A stretch of DNA of 63,372 nt, filler included, from Conidiobolus incongruus B7586 (taxonomy: Eukaryota), in assembly GCA_000697335.1 (NCBI GenBank). It is 7 parts of 7 records of this genome, joined end to end, with 100 filler letters (N's around TTAATTAATTAA, not from the genome) between each part and the next. Parts side by side here need not be neighbours in the genome. Positions count along the whole stretch, not along the records: positions 48,105 to 56,403 come from JNEM01006371.1; positions 56,504 to 61,348 come from JNEM01006375.1; positions 61,449 to 63,372 come from JNEM01006381.1; 4 more parts are not named here. The stretch is one strand, 5' to 3'. The position numbers and the translations under genes are program-made. How positions within the stretch are numbered: position 1 is the first letter of the stretch; each line of letters begins with the position of its first letter. Of this stretch, positions 53,393 to 63,372 are shown piece after piece. The notes under the pieces are model-generated. The model was not told where the DNA came from, made no database searches, and saw nothing but the letters and a program-made list of their open reading frames with translations.

Positions 53393-55090
53393 ATGGTTAA
53401 GCCTACCTTAATTATCACCACTTTACTTACCAGTGTCTTAGCTGGAGTTCACAACATTTTCCCCAAGCCTGCTGAATTAGTCAGCTCTGGTAACACTACC
53501 GTTGTCTTATCTAATGACTTTGAAATTTCTGTTGATTGCAAATCATCCAGACTTAAGGACGCTGCCAAGAGATACCAAAAGTTGATCAACAAGGAAAAAT
53601 ACTCTCCCATTGTTCCTCTCTTCAAAGCTACTCCCTCCAACTATCCTACTATCTTGAAGAATGTTAAGGTTGAAGTTGAAAATGGTGAAGACTCTGAATT
53701 TACCATCAAGACTGATGAATCTTATTCCATTGAAATCGCCCCCAAGGACAGCCGTGCTTCCGCTGTCATCAAGGCCAAGACTATCTATGGTGCTATCCAC
53801 GGTTTAGAATCTTTCTCTCAACTTGTCCAATACGACAAGAAGTCCAAGGTCAGCCACATTCCTGCCACCCCTGTCAAGGTCAATGACAAGCCTCTCTACC
53901 CCCATCGTGGTATTTTGATTGATACCAACCGTAATTGGTTGCCTCTTGATGTCCTCAAGCGTACCATCGATGCTATGTCCTACAACAAGTTGAATGTTTT
54001 CCACTGGCACATTCTTGATGCTCAAGATTTCAACTTCAAGTCTAAGTCTCACCCTGAACTCTGGAAATCCATGGGTGTCGTTGATGAAGATCAACTCTAT
54101 ACCTATGATCAAATCAAAGAATTGGTTGAATACGGTCTCCAACGCGCTGTTCGTATCATTCCTGAAGTTGAAGCTCCCGCTCATGCTTACTCCATTGGTA
54201 AGGCCTTCCCCGAACTCGGTACTTCTTTAGATGATGATGACTGGGATATCACCGCTGCCGAACCTCCCAGTGGTCAAATTGATCCTACTAACCCCAAGTC
54301 TCACAAAATTGTTCACGATTTGATCGATGAATTCGCTCAACTTTTCCCTGATCAATACATCCACTTGAGTGGTGATGAAGTTAACGAAAAGTCTTGGAAC
54401 TCTTCCGCCACCCTCAGAGAATATGTCAAGAAGAACAATGTTACCTTCGACAAGCTTTTGGGCGACTTCAACCTTGGTATGCAAGCTCAAGCCAAGAAGC
54501 ACAAGAAGTCCATTATGGTCTGGGAAGAAATTCTCTTGAATCACAATGTTACCCTTCCCTCTGATGCCTTAGTCCAAGTCTGGTTAGGTGCTAGTGACAC
54601 TAAGAAGGTCATTGAACGTGGACACGATGTTATTGCTTCCTCTTACCAATACTGGTACCTCGACTGTGGTCACGGTGCCTGGATCGGTGATGCTCCTTCC
54701 GGTTCCTCCTGGTGTGATCCCTACAAGCACTGGCAAATCGTTTACACCTACGATTTAGTTGCCAACTTGACCTCCACTCAAGCTCAGCGCATCAAGGGTG
54801 GTGAAGTTACTGCCTGGGCTGAACAAATTGATGAACATGTCATTGACAAGTACCTCTGGCCCCGTGCTTCCGCTGCCTCTGAAGTTCTCTGGACTGGTAA
54901 CCGCGATGGTGACAAGGTCCGCAGCACCAAGCACGTCCTTCCTCGTTTGAACGACTGGCGTTTCCGTATGGTCAGCCGTGGTATCTCCGCCGAACCCCTT
55001 CAACCCCTCTGGTGTGTAAAGAACCCCTACCGCTGTGATTCCACTAAGGGTCTTGAAAAGGTCAGAGCTCCCTATGTTCCCAAGGCTTAA
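53393..55090 (+). CDS. Secreted beta-N-acetylhexosaminidase, GH20, 565 aa
   Basis: Signal peptide, GH20b domain (DESY...TIYGAIHGLESFSQL), HRGILIDTNR, KLNVFHWH, PEVEAPAH, catalytic HLSGDEV, YLDCGHG, SWCDPYKHWQ..Y, GGEVTAWAEQ..LWPRASA; intronless, strong C/T-ending codon bias. Confidence 0.97.
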   Translation: MVKPTLIITTLLTSVLAGVHNIFPKPAELVSSGNTTVVLSNDFEISVDCKSSRLKDAAKRYQKLINKEKYSPIVPLFKATPSNYPTILKNVKVEVENGEDSEFTIKTDESYSIEIAPKDSRASAVIKAKTIYGAIHGLESFSQLVQYDKKSKVSHIPATPVKVNDKPLYPHRGILIDTNRNWLPLDVLKRTIDAMSYNKLNVFHWHILDAQDFNFKSKSHPELWKSMGVVDEDQLYTYDQIKELVEYGLQRAVRIIPEVEAPAHAYSIGKAFPELGTSLDDDDWDITAAEPPSGQIDPTNPKSHKIVHDLIDEFAQLFPDQYIHLSGDEVNEKSWNSSATLREYVKKNNVTFDKLLGDFNLGMQAQAKKHKKSIMVWEEILLNHNVTLPSDALVQVWLGASDTKKVIERGHDVIASSYQYWYLDCGHGAWIGDAPSGSSWCDPYKHWQIVYTYDLVANLTSTQAQRIKGGEVTAWAEQIDEHVIDKYLWPRASAASEVLWTGNRDGDKVRSTKHVLPRLNDWRFRMVSRGISAEPLQPLWCVKNPYRCDSTKGLEKVRAPYVPKA

Positions 55091-55243
55091 TTATAACGAA
55101 ATTTAATTAATTATTAACTTATTTCTTATTGCTTTTCATAGGTTTTTCACTGCGTTTTGAATTCGCAGAATTTTTATTCTAAAATAAAAGTTTTATTTAC
55201 TATTATTATCTCAAGGGTTTATGACTTTATTCAAATCTCTTAG

Positions 55244-55283
<40 letters not shown>

Positions 55284-56079
55284 GTTTATGAATTAGATAT
55301 CTATTTTTAAATTGTTTCCGGATAACGCCTACAAAAATGAATTGTATTACTATATTAGACATATATTAATTTTTTCCAAATTTTCACCTTAAAAGTCATA
55401 ATTTTCACATATTTAATAATTAGCATATTAAACTATTCAATTTTGAATAAATAAACTTAAAAATAAATCCTACTTACAATATTAATCTCTCAAGCTTATT
55501 ATCAAAACTAACTAGCATAGTCATATTTAGAGATTTTTAATTTTAATGATAATTTAACATTGTGCTTAATATTAATAAAAAAATTAAATAATTTTTAAAT
55601 TTAATTTCACAATTAACATAATTTAAAAATTCTCTAATAATAATATCAAATTGTTAAATTTAAATTGCTAAATATTTCTAATTCAAATTTTTCCATTTTT
55701 AATGATGTCAACTATGTTATATTTTAAATTTGATTTATATTCAATAATATCCACAAATTTTAGAATCCATTTAATTGAATTTTTATTATAATTATTCTTA
55801 GATAATAAAATTATATTATTCTTTTTTATTATATGTGATATATTGAATTTTCGAACAAATTTATACTTTATTAAATAATATAACAATTGGTTGCCTTATT
55901 AAATTAAAATTATAATTTAAATATTAAAAGAAAATATTATTATTATAAATATATCAATATTTTTTCATATATAAATATTATTTTAACTTATTTTAAAATA
56001 TGAATAGAGAAATTAAAAAATAATTAATTTTTAAAATCAAAAATTAAATAGGATTATTTAATATATGAATAATAAAAAT

Positions 56080-56403
56080 TAATACCCTTTTTTATTATAA
56101 ATTAATTTTTTATATATTTTTAGCAAGCTTATAACAATTTGAAATAATTATTTTGTAAACTAATTTAATTTATTTATAAAAATTTTTCTTTTATAAATAT
56201 ATCATTTAATTACCTAATATAATTATAATTATATAAAATATAATCAAATAAATATATTGAATATGGTTATTTTTCCCAATATATTTATATAAAAAATCCT
56301 TTATAATTTTGGATTTATGAACAATATAATTATTATATAAATTAATAAATAACTTGATAATTTTAAAAATATTTTATTGAAAAAATTATATAAAATTTAT
56401 AAT
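56080..56403 (-). mobile_element. Second mariner DD34D relic (runs into gap)
   Basis: LYNNYIVHKSKIIKDFL...WEK*PYSIYLFDYILYNY..IR; collinear with 47450-47760 (shared TTTTAGCAAGCTT). Left boundary approximate. Confidence 0.65.
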
Positions 56404-56827
56404 NNNNNNNNNNNNNNNNNNNNNNNNNNNNNNNNNNNNNNNNNNNNTTAATTAATTAANNNNNNNNNNNNNNNNNNNNNNNNNNNNNNNNNNNNNNNNN
56501 NNNATAATATTTAAAATAATATTATAATATTCAAAACTTTATTTAAAAAAGTTAATTCATATATTAATTAAATTTATAATATAAATAAATTAACTTATGA
56601 GATTATTAGAATTATTGATATTAGCTAGTTTACTATAACTAAAGTTATTAATAATATTATTAAAAAACAACTAAACTCAAACTTAAATATATTAAAACAA
56701 TAAATAAATATAATGAAAAATATATTTATAGATTAGTTAATATAGATAAATATGATATTATTATATAAATATAACAAGAATTATAAGATTATATAACAAT
56801 ATTAATTAATCTTAATATTGTTATATA

Positions 56828-58409
56828 TACTAGCTTGCAAAAATAAATTATAAAATTATAATTATATATACTATTATCAATAACTTTGTTAATTCTTAAT
56901 AAAATTAATTTAAATTAAAATATATAATAAACTTATGTTATTTATTTATAATTAAGTATATTTAATCTAATTATATTAACGTTTAGTTGATATATTAAAG
57001 TTTAAATTTTACTTAAGGTGAGTAATAAATTTGTGTATTTTAGTTATAGAAAGAAAATTAAAATTTAGTATATTTATCTTTTGCTTTCTTAACTTTCTTA
57101 AGTCTATAAGGTATAAAGTCAACTAACTTCTTATATTAAGAAAAATTAATTTTGTTCTAAGCTTCTTAAATATATTCTTAAAGCTTATTTAAATTTTTGT
57201 TGGTGTGAAAACTTTAATTACTTTTTTAACTAATCCTAAAGGTGTTTAATTAGATTAAAGTTAGGGGATTAAAGAAACCACTTTATAATTATTATTTTAC
57301 TATTTTTAAACTATTTGGTAGTAGAAATAATAATATAGTAAAAGGTATTATCTTGTTAAAAAATAACATCTGATTTATTTAACCTATACTATTCAATAGT
57401 TTTTTTTAATTCATTGTTTAGAATATTTTAATATATTTTAATATTAATTCCCTTATTAACTTTACAAAGATATCTTATACCAAAAGATAACATATATCCT
57501 TAAATTATAATTAACACATTATTATATTTTTTGGTTAAAATAACATAATGGTTATAAAGTAATTTTTTGTTTTTTTTTGAAATATCTAACTTTTTTATTA
57601 GATTTACTAAAGTATATTTTTGTTTTATTAGATTAAATAACCTTACTATAATTAATATTAGTTTAACTTTAGTAATGACATTTAAACTCTTACTTAACTT
57701 TATAATAGGATTTTTTAGTTGGGGGTGTTTTTTCTTAGAATATAAACAATATCTATTATAATGTAAAGTATATATAATAGTATTAATATTAACTAATATT
57801 CTTATATAGTTTTGTAATTCTTTTTGTATTTCTATAGTAGTATTATATTTACTTATATTAACTAACCTATTAATATATCTTTTATTTTATTTATTTATAA
57901 TTCTAATATACTTATGTTTAAGCTTAAATATAAAATTATTATAATTTTTAATAGCTTTAACTATAATAAACTAACTAGCACTAATAATTCTAATAATCTT
58001 ACAAGTTAATTTACCTTTACTATAAAGTTAATTAATATACAAGTAAATCTTTTTAAAGAGGGATTTAGGTATTTTGTTATTAATGTTATTTTTAATAATA
58101 ATTTACAATAATATTTTTAGTATATATATATATATATAATTTAATAAAAGAAAAAAAAATTTAAGTAATTTTTGTTTTATATACCCTTTTAACTCCTAAA
58201 CCTATAAATTTATAACTCACCCTATTTAAAATTTAAGATTTGATATATTAACCATAATATATTAAATATAATTAAATATAACCTATTATAATCAGATAAT
58301 ATACATTAATTATATATTTTAATTTAAATTAATTTAGTTAAGAATTGTTTAAGTTATAACTAAATATATAAGTGATTTTTATTTTATAACTTATTTTTAC
58401 AGGCTAGTA
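56828..58409 (-). mobile_element. Tc1 copy A, full length (1582 bp), hypermutated
   Basis: TA|TACTAGCTTGCAAAAATAA ... TTATTTTTACAGGCTAGTA|TA inverted termini; minus-strand KWFL*SPNFNLIKHL*D* (cf. WPPQSPDLNPIEHLWDQ). Confidence 0.9.
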
Positions 58410-58420
58410 TATATTTTATA

Positions 58421-59983
58421 TATTAATCTATAAAAATAAGTTATAAAATCAAAAACACTTATATTTTTAATAATAATTTAATTAATATTTAATAAAATAA
58501 ACTTAAATTAAATAATTAAAATTTATTATATTTATCAATAATATATATCATTAAATAATGATATTTTGCTATTAATTAGTTAAAATATAAATCCTTAAAT
58601 TTTACCTAAGGTGAGTTATAAATTTGTAGGTTTTTGGTGATAAAAAAAAATTAAAACCTAGTGTATCCACCTTTAACTTTTCTAACTTCTTTAAGTTTGT
58701 GGGGTATAGAATCAACTAACTTCTTACACTAGGAAGGGTTAATCTTGTTCTATACTTCTTAAACATATTCCTAAAGCTGATTTAAATCTTTTACTGGGGG
58801 AAAAGCTTTAATAGTTTTTTTTAACTGATCCCAAAGGTGTTTAATTAGATTAAGGTTAAGAGATTGAAGAAGCCACTTCATAACTATTATCTTGTTATTT
58901 TTAAGCTATTTGGTAGTAGAAGCTGTAGTATAGCAAGAGGCATTATCTTATTAGAAAATAATATTAAATTTATTTAACTTATATTATTTAATAATTTTTT
59001 TAATTTATTATTTAGAATACTTTAGTATATTTCAACATTAATTTCCTTATTAATTTTATAAAAACACCCTACACTTAAAAATAATATATATCCTTAAATA
59101 ACAATTAACCTACCATTGTACTTTTAGTTAAAATTAATATAATAGTTATAAAGTAGTTAAATATTTTTTTAAAGCATTTAACTTTTCTATTAAATTTACT
59201 AAAGTATATTTTGGTTTTATTAAACTAAACACCTTTATTTTAATTAATCTTAGTTTAATATTAGGGATGATATTTAAACTCTTACCTAGCTTTACAATGG
59301 GATTTCTTTAGTTAAAAATGTTTTTTCTTAAAGTATAAATGGTATTTATGTTAAAGTAAAATATATATAATAGTATTAATACTAACTAATATTTTTATAT
59401 AGTTTTATAGTTCCTGTTGTATTTTTATAATAATGTTACACTTACTTATATTAACCAACTTATAAATATCATTTTTATTATATTTATTTATAATTTTAAA
59501 ACATTTAAGTTTAAATTTATATATATCTTTATTGTTATTTTTGATAACCTTAACTATAATAAACTAGCTAACATTAATAATTCTAGTAATATCACAAGTT
59601 GATTTATCTTTTTTATAAAATTAATTGATATATAAATAGATTTTTTTAGAGAGGGATTTACATATAATAATACTAATAGAAAAAATTTAATATATTGATA
59701 AAATATTATATAAAATAATAACAAAGAGAGAAAAAAATATAGTTATATATTGTTAAATATATTCTTTATCTCAAAAACTTACAAATTTATAATTCACTTT
59801 AATTAAATATTAAGGTTAAATATTTTTGCCAATAATTTATTAAATATATCTAATTTTTTTTTCAAATAATATACCTTAACTATATATTATAGTTTTAAGT
59901 AATTTAATATTTATAATTGTTTTAATTATTAATTAAAATATATATATATTTTTTGTTTGATAACTTACTTTTATAGGTTAGTA
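58421..59983 (-). mobile_element. Tc1 copy B, full length (1563 bp), DD34E, hypermutated
   Basis: Inverted termini flanked by TA; IIF**DNASCYTTASTTK*LKNNKIIVMKWLLQSLNLNLIKHLWDQLK...KLVDSIPHKLKEVRKVKGGYTRF*, with 34 residues between D and the (E>K) position. Confidence 0.92.
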
Positions 59984-61021
59984 TATTAGAATAGATATTA
60001 CTTATATTATAACAAAAAACATCTTTAATTAAAGAAATTTTAATATAAAGTTAAACAAAAGTTGAAATATCCTTATGATAATTAAATCAAAATTAATTAG
60101 AGTAAAATTATTTAATCCAATAAAATAAAGATATATTTTAATAAATCTAATAAAAAAGCTAGATATTTCAAAAACAAAATAAAAAAACAAATTTATAACC
60201 ATTATGTTATTATAGCTAAAATTACAAAAATACATTAATTATAATTTAAAGATATATATTTTTCTAAATATAAAATATCTTTATAGAATTAATTAAGGAA
60301 TTAATACTAAAATAAATTTAATTATTTTAAACAATAAATTAAAGAATTTATTAAATAAAATAAATTAAATAAATTAATAATTATTTGTTAACAAAGTAAT
60401 ATCATTTGTAACACTATAATTTTTTCTAATAAATAACTTAAAAATAATAAAAATATTATTATAAAATAGTCTCTTTAATTTCTTAATTTTAACTTAATTT
60501 AATATTTTTGAGATTAAGTAATAGAATTAATTAAAGCTTTCCCATTAGTAAAAATTTTAATTAACTTTAAAAATATATTTAAGAAGCTTAAAATAATATT
60601 AATTTTGCTTAATATTAGAAATTAATTGACTTTATACTATATAAACTTAAGGAGGTTAAAAAAAACAAACAATAAATATATTAAATATTAATTTTTCTAA
60701 TAATACTAAAACTTATAATTTTTAACCTATCTTAAGCAAATTTTTAACTTAATATATTGATTAACAATGAATTAAATTTAAATTTATATATTATTTTATA
60801 AATAAATAAAATATTTTTATTATATAATTTAATATAAATTTATTTAAACTAAAATTAATTAAATTAATAATAAAAATAAAAGATTTTTAATTTTATAGCT
60901 TAATTTATAAGCTAGTAACGAAAATGAAATAACAAAATATTAAAATAATATAAAAAAAACTTAATATAACAGTAATATAGCATAAAATATAATAAAATAA
61001 TATAAAATATAAAATATAATA

Positions 61022-61348
61022 CACTGATCCACAAAAGTAAGTCATAAAATCAAAAACACCTATATTTTTACTAATAACTTGATTAATATTTAATGAAATA
61101 AACCTAAATTAAATAATTAAAATCTATTATATTTATTAGTTATATATATCATTAAATGATGATATTTAGCTATTAATTGGCTAAAATATAAACCCTTAAA
61201 TTTTACCTAAGGTGAGTTATAAATTTGTAGGTTTTTGGTGATAAAAAAAAATTAAAACCTAGTGTATCCACCTTTAACTTTTCTAACTTCTTTAAGTTTG
61301 TGGGGTATAGAATCAACTAACTTCTTACACTAGGAAGGGTTAATCTTG
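61022..61348 (-). mobile_element. Tc1 copy D, 3' end (least mutated TIR), truncated by gap
   Basis: TA|CACTGATCCACAAAAGTAAGTCATAAAATC...; ends of transposase KGGYTRF* on minus strand. Confidence 0.9.
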
Positions 61349-61448
61349 NNNNNNNNNNNNNNNNNNNNNNNNNNNNNNNNNNNNNNNNNNNNTTAATTAA
61401 TTAANNNNNNNNNNNNNNNNNNNNNNNNNNNNNNNNNNNNNNNNNNNN

Positions 61449-62941
61449 TCAAAAATATATATATTTTAATTAATAACTAAAACAATTATATATATTAAAT
61501 TACTTAAAATTATAATAAATAATTAAGGTATATTATTTAATAATAACTAAATATATTTAGATATATTTAATAAACTATTAGCAAATATATTAACCTTTAA
61601 TATTTAACTAAGGTAAGTTATAAATTTATAGGTTTTTGAGATAAAGGGATATATTTAACAATATATAACTATATCTTTTTTCTCTTTTTAATATTATTTT
61701 ATTTAATATTTTACAAATATATTAAATTTTTTTATTAATATTATTATACCTAAATCCCTCTCTAAAAAAATCTACTTATATATCAATTAACTTGATAAAA
61801 AAGGTAAATCAACTTGTAATATTGTTAGAATTACTAGTGTTAGCTAGTTTATTATAGCTAAGGTTGTTAAGAATAACAATAAAAAAATATTTAAACTTAA
61901 ACTTAAGCATGTTAAAATTATAGATGAATATAATAAAAAGTATATTTGTAATTTGGTTAATATAAGTAAATGTAATATTACTGTAGAAATATAACAAGAG
62001 CTATAAAACTATACAAGGATATTAGTTAACATTGATATTACTATATATATTTTATATTAACATAGATACCACTTATACTTTAAGAAAAAACACCACTAAC
62101 TAAAGAAATCCCATTATAAAACTAGGTAGGAGTTTAAATATCATCACTAATATTAAACTAAAACTAATTAGAATAAGGTTATTTAATCTAATAAAACAAA
62201 AATATACTTTAGTAGATTTAATAGAAAAGCTAGATACTTTAGAAAAGATACAAAACTACTTTATAACTATTATGTTAATTTTACCCAAAAATATAATAGT
62301 AGGTTAATTATTATTTAAGGATATATATTGTTTTTAGGTGTAGGGTATCTTTATAAAGTTAATAGGGGAATTAATACTAAAATGTATTAAAATATTCTGA
62401 ACAATGAATTAAAAAAAACCATTGAATAATATAGGTTAAATAAATCTAATATTATTTTCTAGTAAAATAATACCTCTTGTTATACTACAACTTTTATTAC
62501 TAAATAGTTTAAAAATAATAAGATAATAGTTATAAAGTAGCTTCTTCAATCTTTTAACTTTAATCTAATTAAACATCTTTAGGATTAATTAAAAAAAGCT
62601 ATTAAAGCTTTCTTTTTAATTAAAAATTTAAATCAACTTTAAAAATATATTCAAGAAATATAAAACAAGATTAACCTTTCTTAGTGTAAAAAGTTAGTTG
62701 ATTCTATACCCTACAAACTTAAAGAAATTAGAAAAGTTAAAGTTAGATACACTAAGTTTTAATTTTTTTTATCACCAAAAACCTACAAATTTATAACTTT
62801 CCTTAGGTAAAATTTAAGGGTTTATATTTTAGTCAATTAATAGATAAATATCATCATTTAATTATATATATAATTAATAAATATAATAGATTTTAATTAT
62901 TTAATTTAAATTTATTTTATTTATTAATAATTAAATTATTA
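61449..62941 (+). mobile_element. Tc1 copy E, near full length; dead transposase 61746-62762 (339 codons' length)
   Basis: (ATA)PKSLSKK...GKSTCNIVRITSVS*FIIAKVVK (HTH), *NKVI*SNKTKY (WNKVIWSDETKY), F**NN, QSFNFNLIKHL*D*, ...YTKF*. Start ATG mutated to ATA. Confidence 0.92.
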
Positions 62942-63372
62942 AATGATAATATTTATTATTAATTAATTAAAATATCAACTTTTAAATTTTACTTAAGATA
63001 ATTTTAAATTTATAAGTTTTTAATGATAAAAAAAATTAAAACCTAATGTATTTACCTTTAACTTTTTTATATTTTTTATGTTTATAAGGTAAAAAATTAA
63101 TGAACTTGTTATATTAAAAATGGTTAATTTTGTTTTATATTTCTTAAACATATTCCTAAAATTAAATTAAATTTTTTAGTAAAGGAAAAACTTTAATAAT
63201 TTTTTTAACTAATCTTAAAATTATTTAATTAAATTAAAGTTAAATGATTAAAAAAGCTACTTTATAATTATTATTCTATTATTTTTAAGTTATTTAATAA
63301 TAAAAGTTATAATATAACAAAAGGTATTATTTTATTAGAAAATAATATTAGATTTGTTTAACTTATATTATT
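62938..63372 (-). mobile_element. Tc1 copy F, 3' part, fused tail-to-tail to copy E; continues beyond window
   Basis: Collinear with copy B ~58550-58990; outer ~130 bp of the terminal repeat missing. Confidence 0.85.

Larger units (their letters stand above)
56504..60917 (+). mobile_element. Tc1 copy C (host element), split into 56504-56827, 58410-58420 and 59984-60917 by nested copies A and B
   Basis: After removing one TA at each junction the three pieces rejoin collinearly with copy E (62041-62070 region); right TIR ...TTATAAGCTAGTA ends at 60917. Confidence 0.85.

Noticed and set aside
53449..55003. Antisense and overlapping ORFs over GH20 (also over RAV1, NOT3, forkhead, CTC1-like)
   Set aside because: Shadow ORFs produced by codon bias of the real genes.
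57567..61997. Short F/I/N-rich ORFs at 57567, 59417, 60029 and 61809 that resemble each other
   Set aside because: Antisense frames of homologous Tc1 segments, not a gene family.
1..63372. CRISPR arrays, rRNA genes, telomeric repeats, prokaryotic operons
   Set aside because: None seen; the sequence is spliceosomal-intron-containing eukaryotic DNA.

Overview
Very AT-rich eukaryotic scaffold with short (about 45-80 nt) GT-AG introns carrying CTAAY branch points, and six artificial 100-nt gap spacers (N44-TTAATTAATTAA-N44). Gene content, intron style and composition suggest an early-diverging fungus, possibly Entomophthorales/Conidiobolus-like; this is an inference, not proven. Intact genes: CCR4-NOT subunit NOT3/5 (15 exons), tRNA-Lys(UUU), a probable CTC1-like multi-OB-fold protein, a PRXL2/FAM213-type redoxin, a Pho80/Pcl-family cyclin, a FoxJ2/3-like forkhead factor, RAV1 (9 exons) and a secreted GH20 beta-N-acetylhexosaminidase. 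The rest is decayed material: a CHY zinc-finger pseudogene, other faint gene relics, a probable copia relic, and many DNA transposon copies invisible to the ORF track (a ~1.57-kb Tc1 DD34E family with IR/DR ends and a mariner DD34D family). Most striking: the repeats carry massive one-directional C>T/G>A hypermutation at CpA and CpT (RIP-like) while neighbouring single-copy DNA keeps its C/G, and the last 7 kb is a nest in which two Tc1 copies inserted 9 bp apart, with exact TA duplications, into an older copy of the same family.
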